Below are positions 1 to 13,150 of a stretch of DNA of 64,000 bases, piece after piece. Origin of the DNA: Lama guanicoe (Eukaryota); assembly GCA_013239625.1 (NCBI GenBank), contig MU054187.1, positions 3,793,757 to 3,857,756 on the forward strand. The letters run 5' to 3'. The translations under genes were made by a program, and so were the position numbers. The notes below the pieces were generated by a model, which had not been told where the DNA came from, did no database searches, and was given only the letters and a program-made list of their open reading frames with translations. Position 1 is the first letter of the stretch. The number at the start of each line of letters is the position of its first letter.

Positions 1-99
1 TTTCGTTCCCTCCTTCCTCCAACGGAGAGAGTATATTTCTGTGTGTTAAGCCACCCTGTTAGTAATAATTTATACTGGCATCCTAGGATGAAGGCAAGT

Positions 100-310
100 C
101 AGGTGGGCAGAATAATGGCCCCACAAGGGGCCCACACTCTTCCCGAGCACCTCTGTGTTGTACGGCAAAGGGGAATTAAGGCTGTAGACGGAATTGAGGG
201 GCTGATCAGCTGGCCTTCTAATGGACAGATTATTCTAGGTTAGCTGGGAGGGCCCAGTGTTATCACAAGGGTCCTTAAATGTGGACAGGGGAGACAGGAG
301 AATCGGGAAA
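100..310 (+). mobile_element. MLT1 (ERVL-MaLR) LTR fragment, MLT1D/E-like
   Basis: GGCAGAATAATGGCCCC...GGCAAAGGGGAATTAAGG...GGGCCCAGTGTTATCACAAGGGTCCTTAAA is the typical MLT1 5' part. Confidence 0.75.
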
Positions 311-779
311 TGTAAACATTCTTTCAGTTCCTTCTCATCTGCAGCAAATATTCCACTGTGACATAAACATAAAGCACTATGTTCTGAAGTCAGCTGGGAC
401 CAACTTTTCCTGTGTGGTTTGGGTTATCAGTTTGATATACAGACAGGTTCATTTGTTTCAAGTTGTTTGAAAGTAAGCATGTTTTGAAAAAATTTGTTTT
501 TATTTATTGTTTGGAGTATGTAGTTTATCCTCATTATTCAGAAGATAAAATTATACAGAAAGGTCCTGAGTCCACTGAAGCTATGCCTACTCCCACCCGA
601 TTTTTCTTTGCTTTCTGTCTTACACACACACACACACGTATACGTATGTGTATACACACACATCTATACGTATACATAGAATTTTAAAAATTATTTTCTC
701 TTTCTTGTGCTTATTTTTACAAATACTAACACTTGTGTTCCCACGTGTGTATCTGTATGTTCTTATTCCTAGTTCGCAC

Positions 780-2340
780 TTGTTCCGCACACGGAGATAA
801 CACTGTGTATATTGTTTGGTGCTTTGATTTTTTTTCCCTTAGAAATACATCCCAGTGATGCTTTCATAGTAGCACATAGAGCCCTCGGTCTTCTTCTGTT
901 CCTTTGTTTGTTTCTCACCCCTGCATAGTGTTCCACAGTGTGGATCGCTTCCTAACTTGCTATTTCAAACAATGTTGAAACCAAGAGCTCTGAATAAACT
1001 TCACTTTACACTTTTGCAGGTGTGCCTGTAGGATGGATTGCTAGATGTGGGCTTGATGGATCAAAGAGTAAATGCATTTAGCAATGTCAGATTTGCCAAA
1101 CTCTTGCTTCTAGGTTTGTTCTCTTTCTGTTCCCATGTCTGAAGGCGCTGCTACCCGGTGTGGCCAATAGTCTGCGTTGTTAACTTCTGGGAGTTTAAAA
1201 AAATCTGACAAATGAAAACTAGGGTTTGGGAGTACTTTCTTTGTCAGTTGGGTATTTTTTCATTTGTTTAAGGGCCATTTATAATTCTTTTTTGTGAATT
1301 GTTATTTATGCTCTTCACCTGTTTTTCTGTTGGTTTTTCTTCCTGATTCCTACTAACATTTATTTATATATATATTAGTCAGATGAACCCTTTAACTATG
1401 ACAAGTGTCCTAAGTATTGTTTTCTCAGTTCGCTTTTTGTCCCTTGATTATTTATGATTTTGCGGGGGCCATGCATAGTTTTAAAAAAGTAGTTGAGTTT
1501 ATCAATATTTCCTTTTATGATTTCTGAGTTTTGAGTCATAGAAAGTCCTACCACAGTCCAACTTTAAAAGTAAAGGAATTCTGTGGCAATGAATATACAT
1601 ATGTTCATGTATAACAAAAATTGTATGCTACACTGGAATTTGACACAACATTGTAAAATGTCTATAAATCGATAAAAAATGTTAAAAAATACAAGTAAAG
1701 GAATTCACACATATTTTCTTCTGATGGTATATAGTTTCACTGTTTACTGTTAGATCTTTGATTATTCGGATGAAGTGACAGAAACCTCAGCGATAGCTAA
1801 GAACACCAGCAGCACACTTGCCCTGTGGTTCAGCAGCCCCCAGTTTGTGCTTGCAGTATAAAACTTTTAATTTTACCTTTTTAAGTGATTACCAGTCATT
1901 ACCAGCATCATTTCTTTCCAAAGTCCATTTTTCATGCACTTCCTTGAAATTATGCCTTATCATACACTAAATTCTCATGTATTTTTGTGCGTTTCTATCT
2001 TTCTACTATGTTTCCTGGTTTGTCAGTTTACTCATGGGCCATACTGTTTTGAATATTGAGGCTTTGTTTCACTATTCTTTTCCACCATTTTCTTATTTAT
2101 TTATTTTTCTTATAAAATTTAGAGTCAACTTTTTTTAGCTCCAGAAAGAAAACTGTTGGTATTTTTATTGGGATGAAATGGATGTGTTAACAGAGGAAGG
2201 ACTGACATCTTCAGGAGATGGCCACACCTTCTAGGCAGACCTTCTTATCCAGAAGCCCGGTATTTCTTTCCTGATGTTAAGGTCTAATTTTGTGTTTCTC
2301 AGCCGTATCTGCAAGTTTCCTAATACTGACTGCTCACGTT
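780..2340 (-). mobile_element. Old L1 (L1M-type) fragments, antisense
   Basis: T-rich strand with L1 antisense motifs such as TTTTTCATTTGTTTAAGGGCCATTT and GTTGGTATTTTTATTGGGAT. Confidence 0.65.
1582..1692 (+). mobile_element. Young, severely 5'-truncated L1 3' end (111 bp) with a 14-bp TSD
   Basis: Flanked by AAGTAAAGGAATTC at 1568-1581 and 1693-1706. Body ends TGACACAACATTGTAAAATGTCTATAAATCGATAAAAAATGTTAAAAAAT. Confidence 0.8.
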
Positions 2341-5300
2341 GGAACCCTTTTTTAAACCACTAATGTAAAAAGTTGGGCTGTGCTGTTAAGAAAGTAAAGC
2401 CCCACAGCCCAGTCACAAAACGCAGCCCAGTCTTGTCTGTCACTCACACAAAGACCTATGGGGGTCAGTGCGCTCCGCGGGCCAGGCTGCCTCCTCGCTG
2501 TGGTGCCACCGCCGGTCACACCACCCACATCTGACCTTGCACGAGAATTAGTCCTGTGGCCTTGCCTGCCTGTCGGGGGATGTCCAGTTGTCATGTGAGA
2601 GCCCTGTATTCTCTTAGTTACGTCTTCTGTTTATAGGTATATTATGGTGTTAATTTCTCTATGTTAACTTTATATCCTATTAGTGAGTTTTCTGACTGCA
2701 GCTTTTCAGTTGATTTCCTTGCATCTGTGTCATCTGGAAATAGGCATAGTTTCCTCTCTTGCTTTTCGGCCCTTGCACGTGTGACGTCTCTTGTCAGATG
2801 TGCTGACTGCTGCTCCCCAGGGCAGTGCTCAGCAGCCGGGGTCGCAGCGGGCAGTCCCGGCCTGTTCCTACTTGCTGTGCTGCCCCATGAGATGGATGCT
2901 CTGCCCACACTCCTGCCTGTGGAAGCATGCCTCTGACCTAAATTAGGTGGGGATCACCTGCAGCCTCTCTCCCTCCCGGGCCCGTGACGCATTTTACTGT
3001 CCAGTTCTCCTGAACCCTGATATGGCCTGGAGCCTTTCCATCCTTACCAGATACTAGTCGCATGTGAAAACTGGGGTGAAGTGTAGCTGCTATCCCACAC
3101 TTAAACCCGAACTGTGGCTGCAGAAATTGCACCGATTGAGTCACACTTTTAACCCAGGAGACACACTGAAGTTCTGATAAGTTTTGATAATGACACAACT
3201 ACTGAACTTACTAAAAAATACTAATTCTTGGTGCTGCTCGGGGGACACGTCCTGTAATAAGCACAGTCTTCTAGAACTTGAGGCGGGCCTCTGTGACTGC
3301 ATATGTGTAAGACTCACTGATGTGAGGCCCAGGCCAGACCCCCTCCCTAGTAGCCCTTCCAGCCACCCTGCACCACATCCCGGGATGGGCTGGTCCTCTG
3401 TCCAGCCACAGCTCAGGTTCCGCCTCCTCCTTACGGCATACAGTGACACCTCTTTTTCTGACTTATTGTCTGAGCCCATTATTTTTCCCCTTGTACTGAT
3501 AATTAACTCCAGGTGTAAATGTGCACTCTTCTTCCAACTGGTTTGTAAGCCATTCATTTATTCAACAAATATTTTTCAAATACCTGCTTTGCTGAGACCT
3601 GTGTGCCAGGCTCCCAGGATACAGCTATGACAAAGCACCAAGGATTATTTTTGCTCAGAAGTTTAGTGAAAGTCACATAGGAAATGATTAATTGAGCAAA
3701 AAATATTTTATTTCAATTGTACATGACAGAGGAAAGATGCAGGCTACTCAGAGAATCTAAAATAGATCTTACCTGGAGGGTTGATGTATTTTGTCACCTG
3801 CAGCATTGTTTGCATGGGAGGTAAACAATAGCTATTTATAATTGACGAGTAAACAGATCAGGATTTATGTCATCCGTAATGCGCAGAAAGCCTGATTCTT
3901 ACTGACAAATGGAGAAAAAATGGCAATAGGTTTAAAGATGAACACTTTGAGGGTTTCTTACACTTAAAGAAAAGCTTAGACTGTCTAGATATACGGTTTC
4001 CTTTTGCCTTCTGGAATTTACTAAAACATGTCCCATGATTCTGAAATGGAATTACAGGACAGTGATGGATCTTTTGAGGTTATTTGATCTTTTGCCATAG
4101 TTTGACAAATCAGATTAAACTTCACTAGCCAGATAAAGCCAAACCCAAAGAAACAGTGTTTGCTAACATGGTGGCCTAGAAGTCTTGGCAGAGAACTCAA
4201 TATTTTGGACTGTTATGAAATTTTCATAATTGCACAAGTCGTCTTTGAAACTCTTACAGCATAATAGGTACAAGGTTAATTATAACAAATGCATTTTGCT
4301 TGGTTAAATCAAACTGATAGTGGTAGTAGACAATTAAATAAAACTCATTTTCAAGAAGTATTTTTAGCTGACAATAGAAATATACATCTGACCCACTTTA
4401 GTAAAATTTACAAAGGAATGCCCCCTCATCATCATGCGGGCATTGCATTTACCCAGTATCCTAACACAAAGAACTTGTGAGACTGACATGAAGACATCGT
4501 AAGGGTGCTCAAAATGAGGCTGATGGCTGCCTTGTATGCCTAAGGGACCAATGGGAACCTAGAGCTTGGGGAGGTCACGCACAGGCCACACAGGGGACCC
4601 CAAGCTGGACCCAGTCCCCTCACTCACAGCCTAGTACTTTTCCCGCCACCACACATTTGAAAAATGTCCACAATTAACTATCTATAAAACTGAAACCACA
4701 CCTATGGGTGAAAACAACTCTATTAGAACAAGATCCGTTTAAGAGAACCCGGGGCTGTGGAAGGTTAACACTGCAGTGATTCAGATCATGTGAATCCCAA
4801 AGGCTTTAAAGGGTTAGAAAGTTATGTTTCATTAAAATAATCCACTAAAATGGCTGCATGTGTGTCTTTATTCAGAAAACATAATCTCTTTCCCAGAATT
4901 GAGCATTCTTCCCTGTGAGCAGATTTGAATGTTGTTACATTGTGACGCTCTCTCTCTAAGAACCGGAGGTTTGGCCCAGAGTGGATTTCTCAGTGGCCTT
5001 GTTCACTCTAGGCATGGTGTATTTTGAAATGGTCACAATTCTGGGTGACTGAGGAGTTTCAAATCTCTGATGCCACCCTAACCACATCTTCATGTTTTCT
5101 CTAGCTTCCTGATTAGTGTGGCTTATGCAAATGGCAAACCATAGAGAACCACACAGAATAATGTGTTTTGACAGCAGGTGCCAGTCCCTTCATGGGGGCT
5201 GCTTCTCTGCCGTCTTCTCCAATCTCAGCTCAGGGATTTATTCCTTCCTTCCTTTCTACATCCACTCCCTCCCTCCTTCCTTGCCTCTCTCTTTTATTTT

Positions 5301-5359
5301 ATTAATTTATTTTTATGTATCAGGGATTTCTATGTTCACATGATTGCACCCTGGATACC

Positions 5360-5700
5360 AGCAACTGTATGGTTGTAAGAGCCCAGCAGAAAATTCTTAA
5401 AATTAGGATAATTCAAGGGAAGTTGAATAAAGAGACTATTTGCAGAAGTGTGGGCAGGGCTTTAGAAAACCAAGTGGGGGAGTGCAGAACACAGTGGCTG
5501 GAAACAGCAGGTGCGTGGCCACCCCTAGTTCTAAAGAAGCACCGGGGGGCAGCATGGAGCCGGGAGCACTCTGGAACCTGAGACCTTCAGTCCAGCGCAG
5601 GAAAAGAGCCAGCACAGGGGCTGTTTATCAGTCACCCACAGGCCCGTCTCAAGCCCGGCAACCTGAAGAGAGGCAGGTAGTGGCCATCAGTTCTGGCAAA
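5360..5700. mobile_element. Old ERVL-type LTR remnant (also present in the duplicate at about 10045-10385)
   Basis: AAATTAGGATAATTCAAGGGAAGTTGAATAAAGAGACTATTTGCAGAAGTGTGGGCAGGG resembles ancient LTR consensus from memory; family uncertain. Confidence 0.45.
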
Positions 5701-6809
5701 ACTTGACTGTTTCAACACAGTGGCTTCTGAACTCTAGCACACTTAGCTTTGTTCCCAGAAGCTCCCAACTCCTGGCCCTCCCTTTGGCTTCCCTGCCTCG
5801 GTATCTGTTGAGCAAGCTGGTTTTGGTTTTGTAATCTCGTGTTACTCAGAGTACCTTTTCAAGTAGGCACAACTAGAACAAATGCCGGATACCTGCTTGC
5901 CAAAGAAAGGAGGAGGCACAGTTAGCTTTCTCTTGCCTTGACTGATCCTGTTCAGCCTGTCACTCTGGTCCGCTCGGCACTCCTGGGCCCTGTGACCCAG
6001 GTTCTTCTTTGGGCGGTAACCCTGGCTTCTCCCCTCGGGTTGTCGGTTTTTATTCTGTCCCTATCCTGACCGGGTGGCAGGAGCTCACTGCTGGGCAAGA
6101 GGGACATGCGGAGATCGGTATCCCAGAGGCATTGGCTTTTCTACCTTTTTTCTTTTAAGAATTTTTACCTCCTCCCCCAGATTCTCACTTTTGGAAGCAT
6201 ATTTTCAGTATAGCGATTCTGTTAACGTCTTTATATGGAAGATGCCATGGCTCATATTTAACTCTTTCCTATACATTTTGAGACTGTTTGCATACTTAAC
6301 TGCTTTCTTGTTCCAGGCAGAAACTCCCTTCTGAACTTACAAAGTTGGACAAATGCCAAATTCGGTCTTAAGGAATGAAGAGGTGAAATGTGGTACAAGG
6401 TCACACAGTCCTAACATCTTCTCAGGCTGGGTTTCTGATTGTGATGGACCAGGTGATAGGCCCAGGGCTGACGTAGTGGGTTGGCTCCTGGACTGCGCTG
6501 AGCCCCTGCTGTTCTGTCAGCTGTCCCCGGGCCCTGCGATGATGCCTGGGACAGGACCAGGGAAGGCTTGGAGCTCATGGTTGATGCCATCTAGCATTCG
6601 GCACCTTGGTTATTTCAGGAAGAGCAGTACAAAGGCCTTGCAAAGTACGCTTACGAGTTAGGGCAGATTTCGTTTCTAAGGTACATTGAGCGACATGTTC
6701 CTGAGGCCAACAAGAGAAGGAGGGGCTTGTCAGTTTCCACAGCTCCCCCTCGGTGTTACCTGTGGGTCACCGCCTTGGAAGTGGCCCGCCCAGGTGAGAA
6801 GGCTGGCAT

Positions 6810-6960
6810 TCCCATGACTGTGTAGTCTTGGGCCAGTTGCCTACCTACCATGTAGTGCTCTGAAAATGGGGTGAACATATGCCTAACTTGTTATTTGCTG
6901 TGAGAGAAAATGAGATAATGTAGGTAAAGTGCTTAGCAGTGTCTGGCACAGAGAGAAAGC
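6810..6960 (+). mobile_element. MIR SINE fragment (duplicated at about 11495-11645)
   Basis: GTCTTGGGCCAGTT...TGAAAATGGGG...AAATGAGATAATGTAGGTAAAGTGCTTAGCAGTGTCTGGCACA is the MIR core. Confidence 0.75.
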
Positions 6961-7047
6961 CCTGAAAAAAAAATACAACAGAACATTAGTGAACTGAGGG
7001 ACAACTTCAGGGACACAAATGTATGTATATTTAGAGCCTCCAAAAGT

Positions 7048-7529
7048 NNNNNNNNNNNNNNNNNNNNNNNNNNNNNNNNNNNNNNNNNNNNNNNNNNNNN
7101 NNNNNNNNNNNNNNNNNNNNNNNNNNNNNNNNNNNNNNNNNNNNNNNNNNNNNNNNNNNNNNNNNNNNNNNNNNNNNNNNNNNNNNNNNNNNNNNNNNNN
7201 NNNNNNNNNNNNNNNNNNNNNNNNNNNNNNNNNNNNNNNNNNNNNNNNNNNNNNNNNNNNNNNNNNNNNNNNNNNNNNNNNNNNNNNNNNNNNNNNNNNN
7301 NNNNNNNNNNNNNNNNNNNNNNNNNNNNNNNNNNNNNNNNNNNNNNNNNNNNNNNNNNNNNNNNNNNNNNNNNNNNNNNNNNNNNNNNNNNNNNNNNNNN
7401 NNNNNNNNNNNNNNNNNNNNNNNNNNNNNNNNNNNNNNNNNNNNNNNNNNNNNNNNNNNNNNNNNNNNNNNNNNNNNNNNNNNNNNNNNNNNNNNNNNNN
7501 NNNNNNNNNNNNNNNNNNNNNNNNNNNNN
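7048..7529. other. Assembly gap (482 N)
   Basis: Run of N. Confidence 1.
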
Positions 7530-10500
7530 GGGGTCGCAGCGGGCAGTCCCGGCCTGTTCCTACTTGCTGTGCTGCCCCATGAGATGGATGCTCTGCCCAC
7601 ACTCCTGCCTGTGGAAGCATGCCTCTGACCTAAATTAGGTGGGGATCACCTGCAGCCTCTCTCCCTCCCGGGCCCGTGACGCATTTTACTGTCCAGTTCT
7701 CCTGAACCCTGATATGGCCTGGAGCCTTTCCATCCTTACCAGATACTAGTCGCATGTGAAAACTGGGGTGAAGTGTAGCTGCTATCCCACACTTAAACCC
7801 GAACTGTGGCTGCAGAAATTGCACCGATTGAGTCACACTTTTAACCCAGGAGACACACTGAAGTTCTGATAAGTTTTGATAATGACACAACTACTGAACT
7901 TACTAAAAAATACTAATTCTTGGTGCTGCTAGGGGGACACGTCCTGTAATAAGCACAGTCTTCTAGAACTTGAGGCGGGCCTCTGTGACTGCATATGTGT
8001 AAGACTCACTGATGTGAGGCCCAGGCCAGACCCCCTCCCTAGTAGCCCTTCCAGCCACCCTGCACCACATCCCGGGATGGGCTGGTCCTCTGTCCAGCCA
8101 CAGCTCAGGTTCCGCCTCCTCCTTACGGCATACAGTGACACCTCTTTTTCTGACTTATTGTCTGAGCCCATTATTTTTCCCCTTGTACTGATAATTAACT
8201 CCAGGTGTAAATGTGCACTCTTCTTCCAACTGGTTTGTAAGCCATTCATTTATTCAACAAATATTTTTCAAATACCTGCTTTGCTGAGACCTGTGTGCCA
8301 GGCTCCCAGGATACAGCTATGACAAAGCACCAAGGATTATTTTTGCTCAGAAGTTTAGTGAAAGTCACATAGGAAATGATTAATTGAGCAAAAAATATTT
8401 TATTTCAATTGTACATGAAAGATGCAGGCTACTCAGAGAATCTAAAATAGATCTTACCTGGAGGGTTGATGTATTTTGTCACCTGCAGCATTGTTTGCAT
8501 GGGAGGTAAACAATAGCTATTTATAATTGACGAGTAAACAGATCAGGATTTATGTCATCCGTAATGCGCAGAAAGCCTGATTCTTACTGACAAATGGAGA
8601 AAAAATGGCAATAGGTTTAAAGATGAACACTTTGAGGGTTTCTTACACTTAAAGAAAAGCTTAGACTGTCTAGATATACGGTTTCCTTTTGCCTTCTGGA
8701 ATTTACTAAAACATGTCCCATGATTCTGAAATGGAATTACAGGACAGTGATGGATCTTTTGAGGTTATTTGATCTTTTGCCATAGTTTGACAAATCAGAT
8801 TAAACTTCACTAGCCAGATAAAGCCAAACCCAAAGAAACAGTGTTTGCTAACATGGTGGCCTAGAAGTCTTGGCAGAGAACTCAATATTTTGGACTGTTA
8901 TGAAATTTTCATAATTGCACAAGTCGTCTTTGAAACTCTTACAGCATAATAGGTACAAGGTTAATTATAACAAATGCATTTTGCTTGGTTAAATCAAACT
9001 GATAGTGGTAGTAGACAATTAAATAAAACTCATTTTCAAGAAGTATTTTTAGCTGACAATAGAAATATACATCTGACCCACTTTAGTAAAATTTACAAAG
9101 GAATGCCCCCTCATCATCATGCGGGCATTGCATTTACCCAGTATCCTAACACAAAGAACTTGTGAGACTGACATGAAGACATCGTAAGGGTGCTCAAAAT
9201 GAGGCTGATGGCTGCCTTGTATGCCTAAGGGACCAATGGGAACCTAGAGCTTGGGGAGGTCACGCACAGGCCACACAGGGGACCCCAAGCTGGACCCAGT
9301 CCCCTCACTCACAGCCTAGTACTTTTCCCGCCACCACACATTTGAAAAATGTCCACAATTAACTATCTATAAAACTGAAACCACACCTATGGGTGAAAAC
9401 AACTCTATTAGAACAAGATCCGTTTAAGAGAACCCGGGGCTGTGGAAGGTTAACACTGCAGTGATTCAGATCATGTGAATCCCAAAGGCTTTAAAGGGTT
9501 AGAAAGTTATGTTTCATTAAAATAATCCACTAAAATGGCTGCATGTGTGTCTTTATTCAGAAAACATAATCTCTTTCCCAGAATTGAGCATTCTTCCCTG
9601 TGAGCAGATTTGAATGTTGTTACATTGTGACGCTCTCTCTCTAAGAACCGGAGGTTTGGCCCAGAGTGGATTTCTCAGTGGCCTTGTTCACTCTAGGCAT
9701 GGTGTATTTTGAAATGGTCACAATTCTGGGTGACTGAGGAGTTTCAAATCTCTGATGCCACCCTAACCACATCTTCATGTTTTCTCTAGCTTCCTGATTA
9801 GTGTGGCTTATGCAAATGGCAAACCATAGAGAACCACACAGAATAATGTGTTTTGACAGCAGGTGCCAGTCCCTTCATGGGGGCTGCTTCTCTGCCGTCT
9901 TCTCCAATCTCAGCTCAGGGATTTATTCCTTCCTTCCTTTCTACATCCACTCCCTCCCTCCTTCCTTGCCTCTCTCTTTTATTTTATTAATTTATTTTTA
10001 TGTATCAGGGATTTCTATGTTCACATGATTGCACCCTGGATACCAGCAACTGCATGGTTGTAAGAGCCCAGCAGAAAATTCTTAAAATTAGGATAATTCA
10101 AGGGAAGTTGAATAAAGAGACTATTTGCAGAAGTGTGGGCAGGGCTTTAGAAAACCAAGTGGGGGAGTGCAGAACACAGTGGCTGGAAACAGCAGGTGCG
10201 TGGCCACCCCTAGTTCTAAAGAAGCACCGGGGGGCAGCATGGAGCCGGGAGCACTCTGGAACCTGAGACCTTCAGTCCAGCGCAGGAAAAGAGCCAGCAC
10301 AGGGGCTGTTTATCAGTCACCCACAGGCCCGTCTCAAGCCCGGCAACCTGAAGAGAGGCAGGTAGTGGCCATCAGTTCTGGCAAAACTTGACTGTTTCAA
10401 CACAGTGGCTTCTGAACTCTAGCACACTTAGCTTTGTTCCCAGAAGCTCCCAACTCCTGGCCCTCCCTTTGGCTTCCCTGCCTCGGTATCTGTTGAGCAA

Positions 10501-11732
10501 GCTGGTTTTGGTTTTGTAATCTCGTGTTACTCAGAGTACCTTTTCAAGTAGGCACAACTAGAACAAATGCCGGATACCTGCTTGCCAAAGAAAGGAGGAG
10601 GCACAGTTAGCTTTCTCTTGCCTTGACTGATCCTGTTCAGCCTGTCACTCTGGTCCGCTCGGCACTCCTGGGCCCTGTGACCCAGGTTCTTCTTTGGGCG
10701 GTAACCCTGGCTTCTCCCCTCGGGTTGTCGGTTTTTATTCTGTCCCTATCCTGACCGGGTGGCAGGAGCTCACTGCTGGGCAAGAGGGACATGCGGAGAT
10801 CGGTATCCCAGAGGCATTGGCTTTTCTACCTTTTTTCTTTTAAGAATTTTTACCTCCTCCCCCAGATTCTCACTTTTGGAAGCATATTTTCAGTATAGCG
10901 ATTCTGTTAACGTCTTTATATGGAAGATGCCATGGCTCATATTTAACTCTTTCCTATACATTTTGAGACTGTTTGCATACTTAACTGCTTTCTTGTTCCA
11001 GGCAGAAACTCCCTTCTGAACTTACAAAGTTGGACAAATGCCAAATTCGGTCTTAAGGAATGAAGAGGTGAAATGTGGTACAAGGTCACACAGTCCTAAC
11101 ATCTTCTCAGGCTGGGTTTCTGATTGTGATGGACCAGGTGATAGGCCCAGGGCTGACGTAGTGGGTTGGCTCCTGGACTGCGCTGAGCCCCTGCTGTTCT
11201 GTCAGCTGTCCCCGGGCCCTGCGATGATGCCTGGGACAGGACCAGGGAAGGCTTGGAGCTCATGGTTGATGCCATCTAGCATTCGGCACCTTGGTTATTT
11301 CAGGAAGAGCAGTACAAGGGCCTTGCAAAGTACGCTTACGAGTTAGGGCAGATTTCGTTTCTAAGGTACATTGAGCGACATGTTCCTGAGGCCAACAAGA
11401 GAAGGAGGGGCTTGTCAGTTTCCACAGCTCCCCCTCGGTGTTACCTGTGGGTCACCGCCTTGGAAGTGGCCCGCCCAGGTGAGAAGGCTGGCATTCCCAT
11501 GACTGTGTAGTCTTGGGCCAGTTGCCTATCTACCATGTAGTGCTCTGAAAATGGGGTGAACATATGCCTAACTTGTTATTTGCTGTGAGAGAAAATGAGA
11601 TAATGTAGGTAAAGTGCTTAGCAGTGTCTGGCACAGAGAGAAAGCCCTGAAAAAAAAATACAACAGAACATTAGTGAACTGAGGGACAACTTCAGGGACA
11701 CAAATGTATGTATATTTAGAGCCTCCAAAAGT
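7530..11732 (+). repeat. Copy 2 (4203 bp) of the gap-flanking duplication
   Basis: Starts at the first base after the gap. Differs from copy 1 by a 7-bp deletion near 8418 and at least 4 substitutions. Confidence 0.97.
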
Positions 11733-12444
11733 TAGGGCAGCGGGGGGGGTGGTCAAAATAAAATACTCCAAGAGACATTGGCCAAAAATTGTCCAGCTCT
11801 TTTGAAAACTATAAACCCATAGATTCAATGAAGGCAACAAATTCCAATCACAAGGAAAAATGAAAAATACATGAAAATATGTCATAATCAAATTAAAAGG
11901 AGGAAAATCTGACATCTTACATATAGAAGAACCAAGGAGTGACCTTGTACTCACTGCAAGAAGCATGGAGTCCTGAACACGGTGAAGCAACATCTTTAAA
12001 ACACCTTAAGTATGTCTGGTTTATTATTATCAGTTATATACCAATAAAGCTTTTACAATTTTTATTAATATTTGTGTTATTCAAAATTTTATACTCTTAA
12101 TACTAGTTTAATTAAATACAGAATTTTGGCTTGACTTTCTCCAATCCCACCCCCCCCACCCCAGCCCTTAGTTATTAAAAGACATTTTCCAGTGTCTTCT
12201 AGCATTGGTATGTCTGACGTAGAGCCTTCAGTCTGTCTATTATTCCTTTGTAGATAATTTGAGTTCAATCTTTGATAGATTTTTTTGATTTCTTTTAGTT
12301 GATGATGTTTGAAGGGTCGCTATGGTGTAGCTAGATATGCATTTACGTTTCTGTAACCTGCATGGCGCCCCCTAGATGTTTTCTATCCTTGGATTAAAAT
12401 CTTTTCTTCAATGCAATAAAATCTGCAGCCATTGTGTTTTTAAA

Positions 12445-13150
12445 TGACATCTTGATTGAGATATACTTGACAGGCCATAAAATTCTTTTGTTTTAAATGC
12501 ACAATTCAGTCATTTTTAGTATATCACCAAGGTATGCAGCCATCACTGTTGTCTAATTCCGGGACACTTTGACCACTAGGAAAAGAAGCCTCCGACTGTT
12601 AGTCACCCCCATTCAGCCTCCACCCTCTCCCCTTCCACAGCCCTTGGCAAACACCAGTCTGTTTTCTGTCTCTGCGGGTATATCTCTTCTGGATATTTAC
12701 TATAAACAGAATCATACAACATGTGACCTTTTGTGTCTGGCTTCTTTCACTTAGCCTAATGTTTTCAAGGTTCATCCATGTAGCAGCATGAAACTATTTC
12801 ATTCACCTTTATGGTTGAATAATATTCCATTGTATGCATAGACCACATTTTATTAATCCATTCACCTGCTGATGGATGTTTGGGTTGTTCCCACTTTTTG
12901 GTTATTATGAATAATGTTGCTGTAAACATTTGTGTACAAGTTTTTGTGCAGACATGTGTTTTCAATTCTCTTGTGTTTACAGCTAGGGAGTGGAAATGCT
13001 GGGTCCTATGGCAACTACATGATTAACTTTTTGAGAAATTACCAAACTGCTTCCCAGAGATGTATGAGGGCTCCAACTTTTCTGCATCTTTGAGAACATT
13101 TGTTATTGGCCATCTTTTTAAAAAGTTTTAGCCGTTCCAGTGGGGGTGAC
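12445..13150 (-). mobile_element. L1MB-like 3' end, antisense
   Basis: CTTCTTTCACTTAGCCTAATGTTTTCAAGGTTCATCCATGTAG...GATGGATGTTTGGGTTGTTCCCAC. ORF 12765..12965 resembles the L1 ORF2 C-terminus (CTQMFTATLFII...W...EWINKMW). Confidence 0.85.

Larger units (their letters stand above)
2838..7047 (+). repeat. Copy 1 (4210 bp) of a near-identical direct duplication flanking the assembly gap
   Basis: Matches 7530-11732. The ORF track repeats at offsets 4692 and 4685. Confidence 0.97.

Noticed and set aside
6883..7620. Long ORFs of 187-245 aa
   Set aside because: They read through the N gap.
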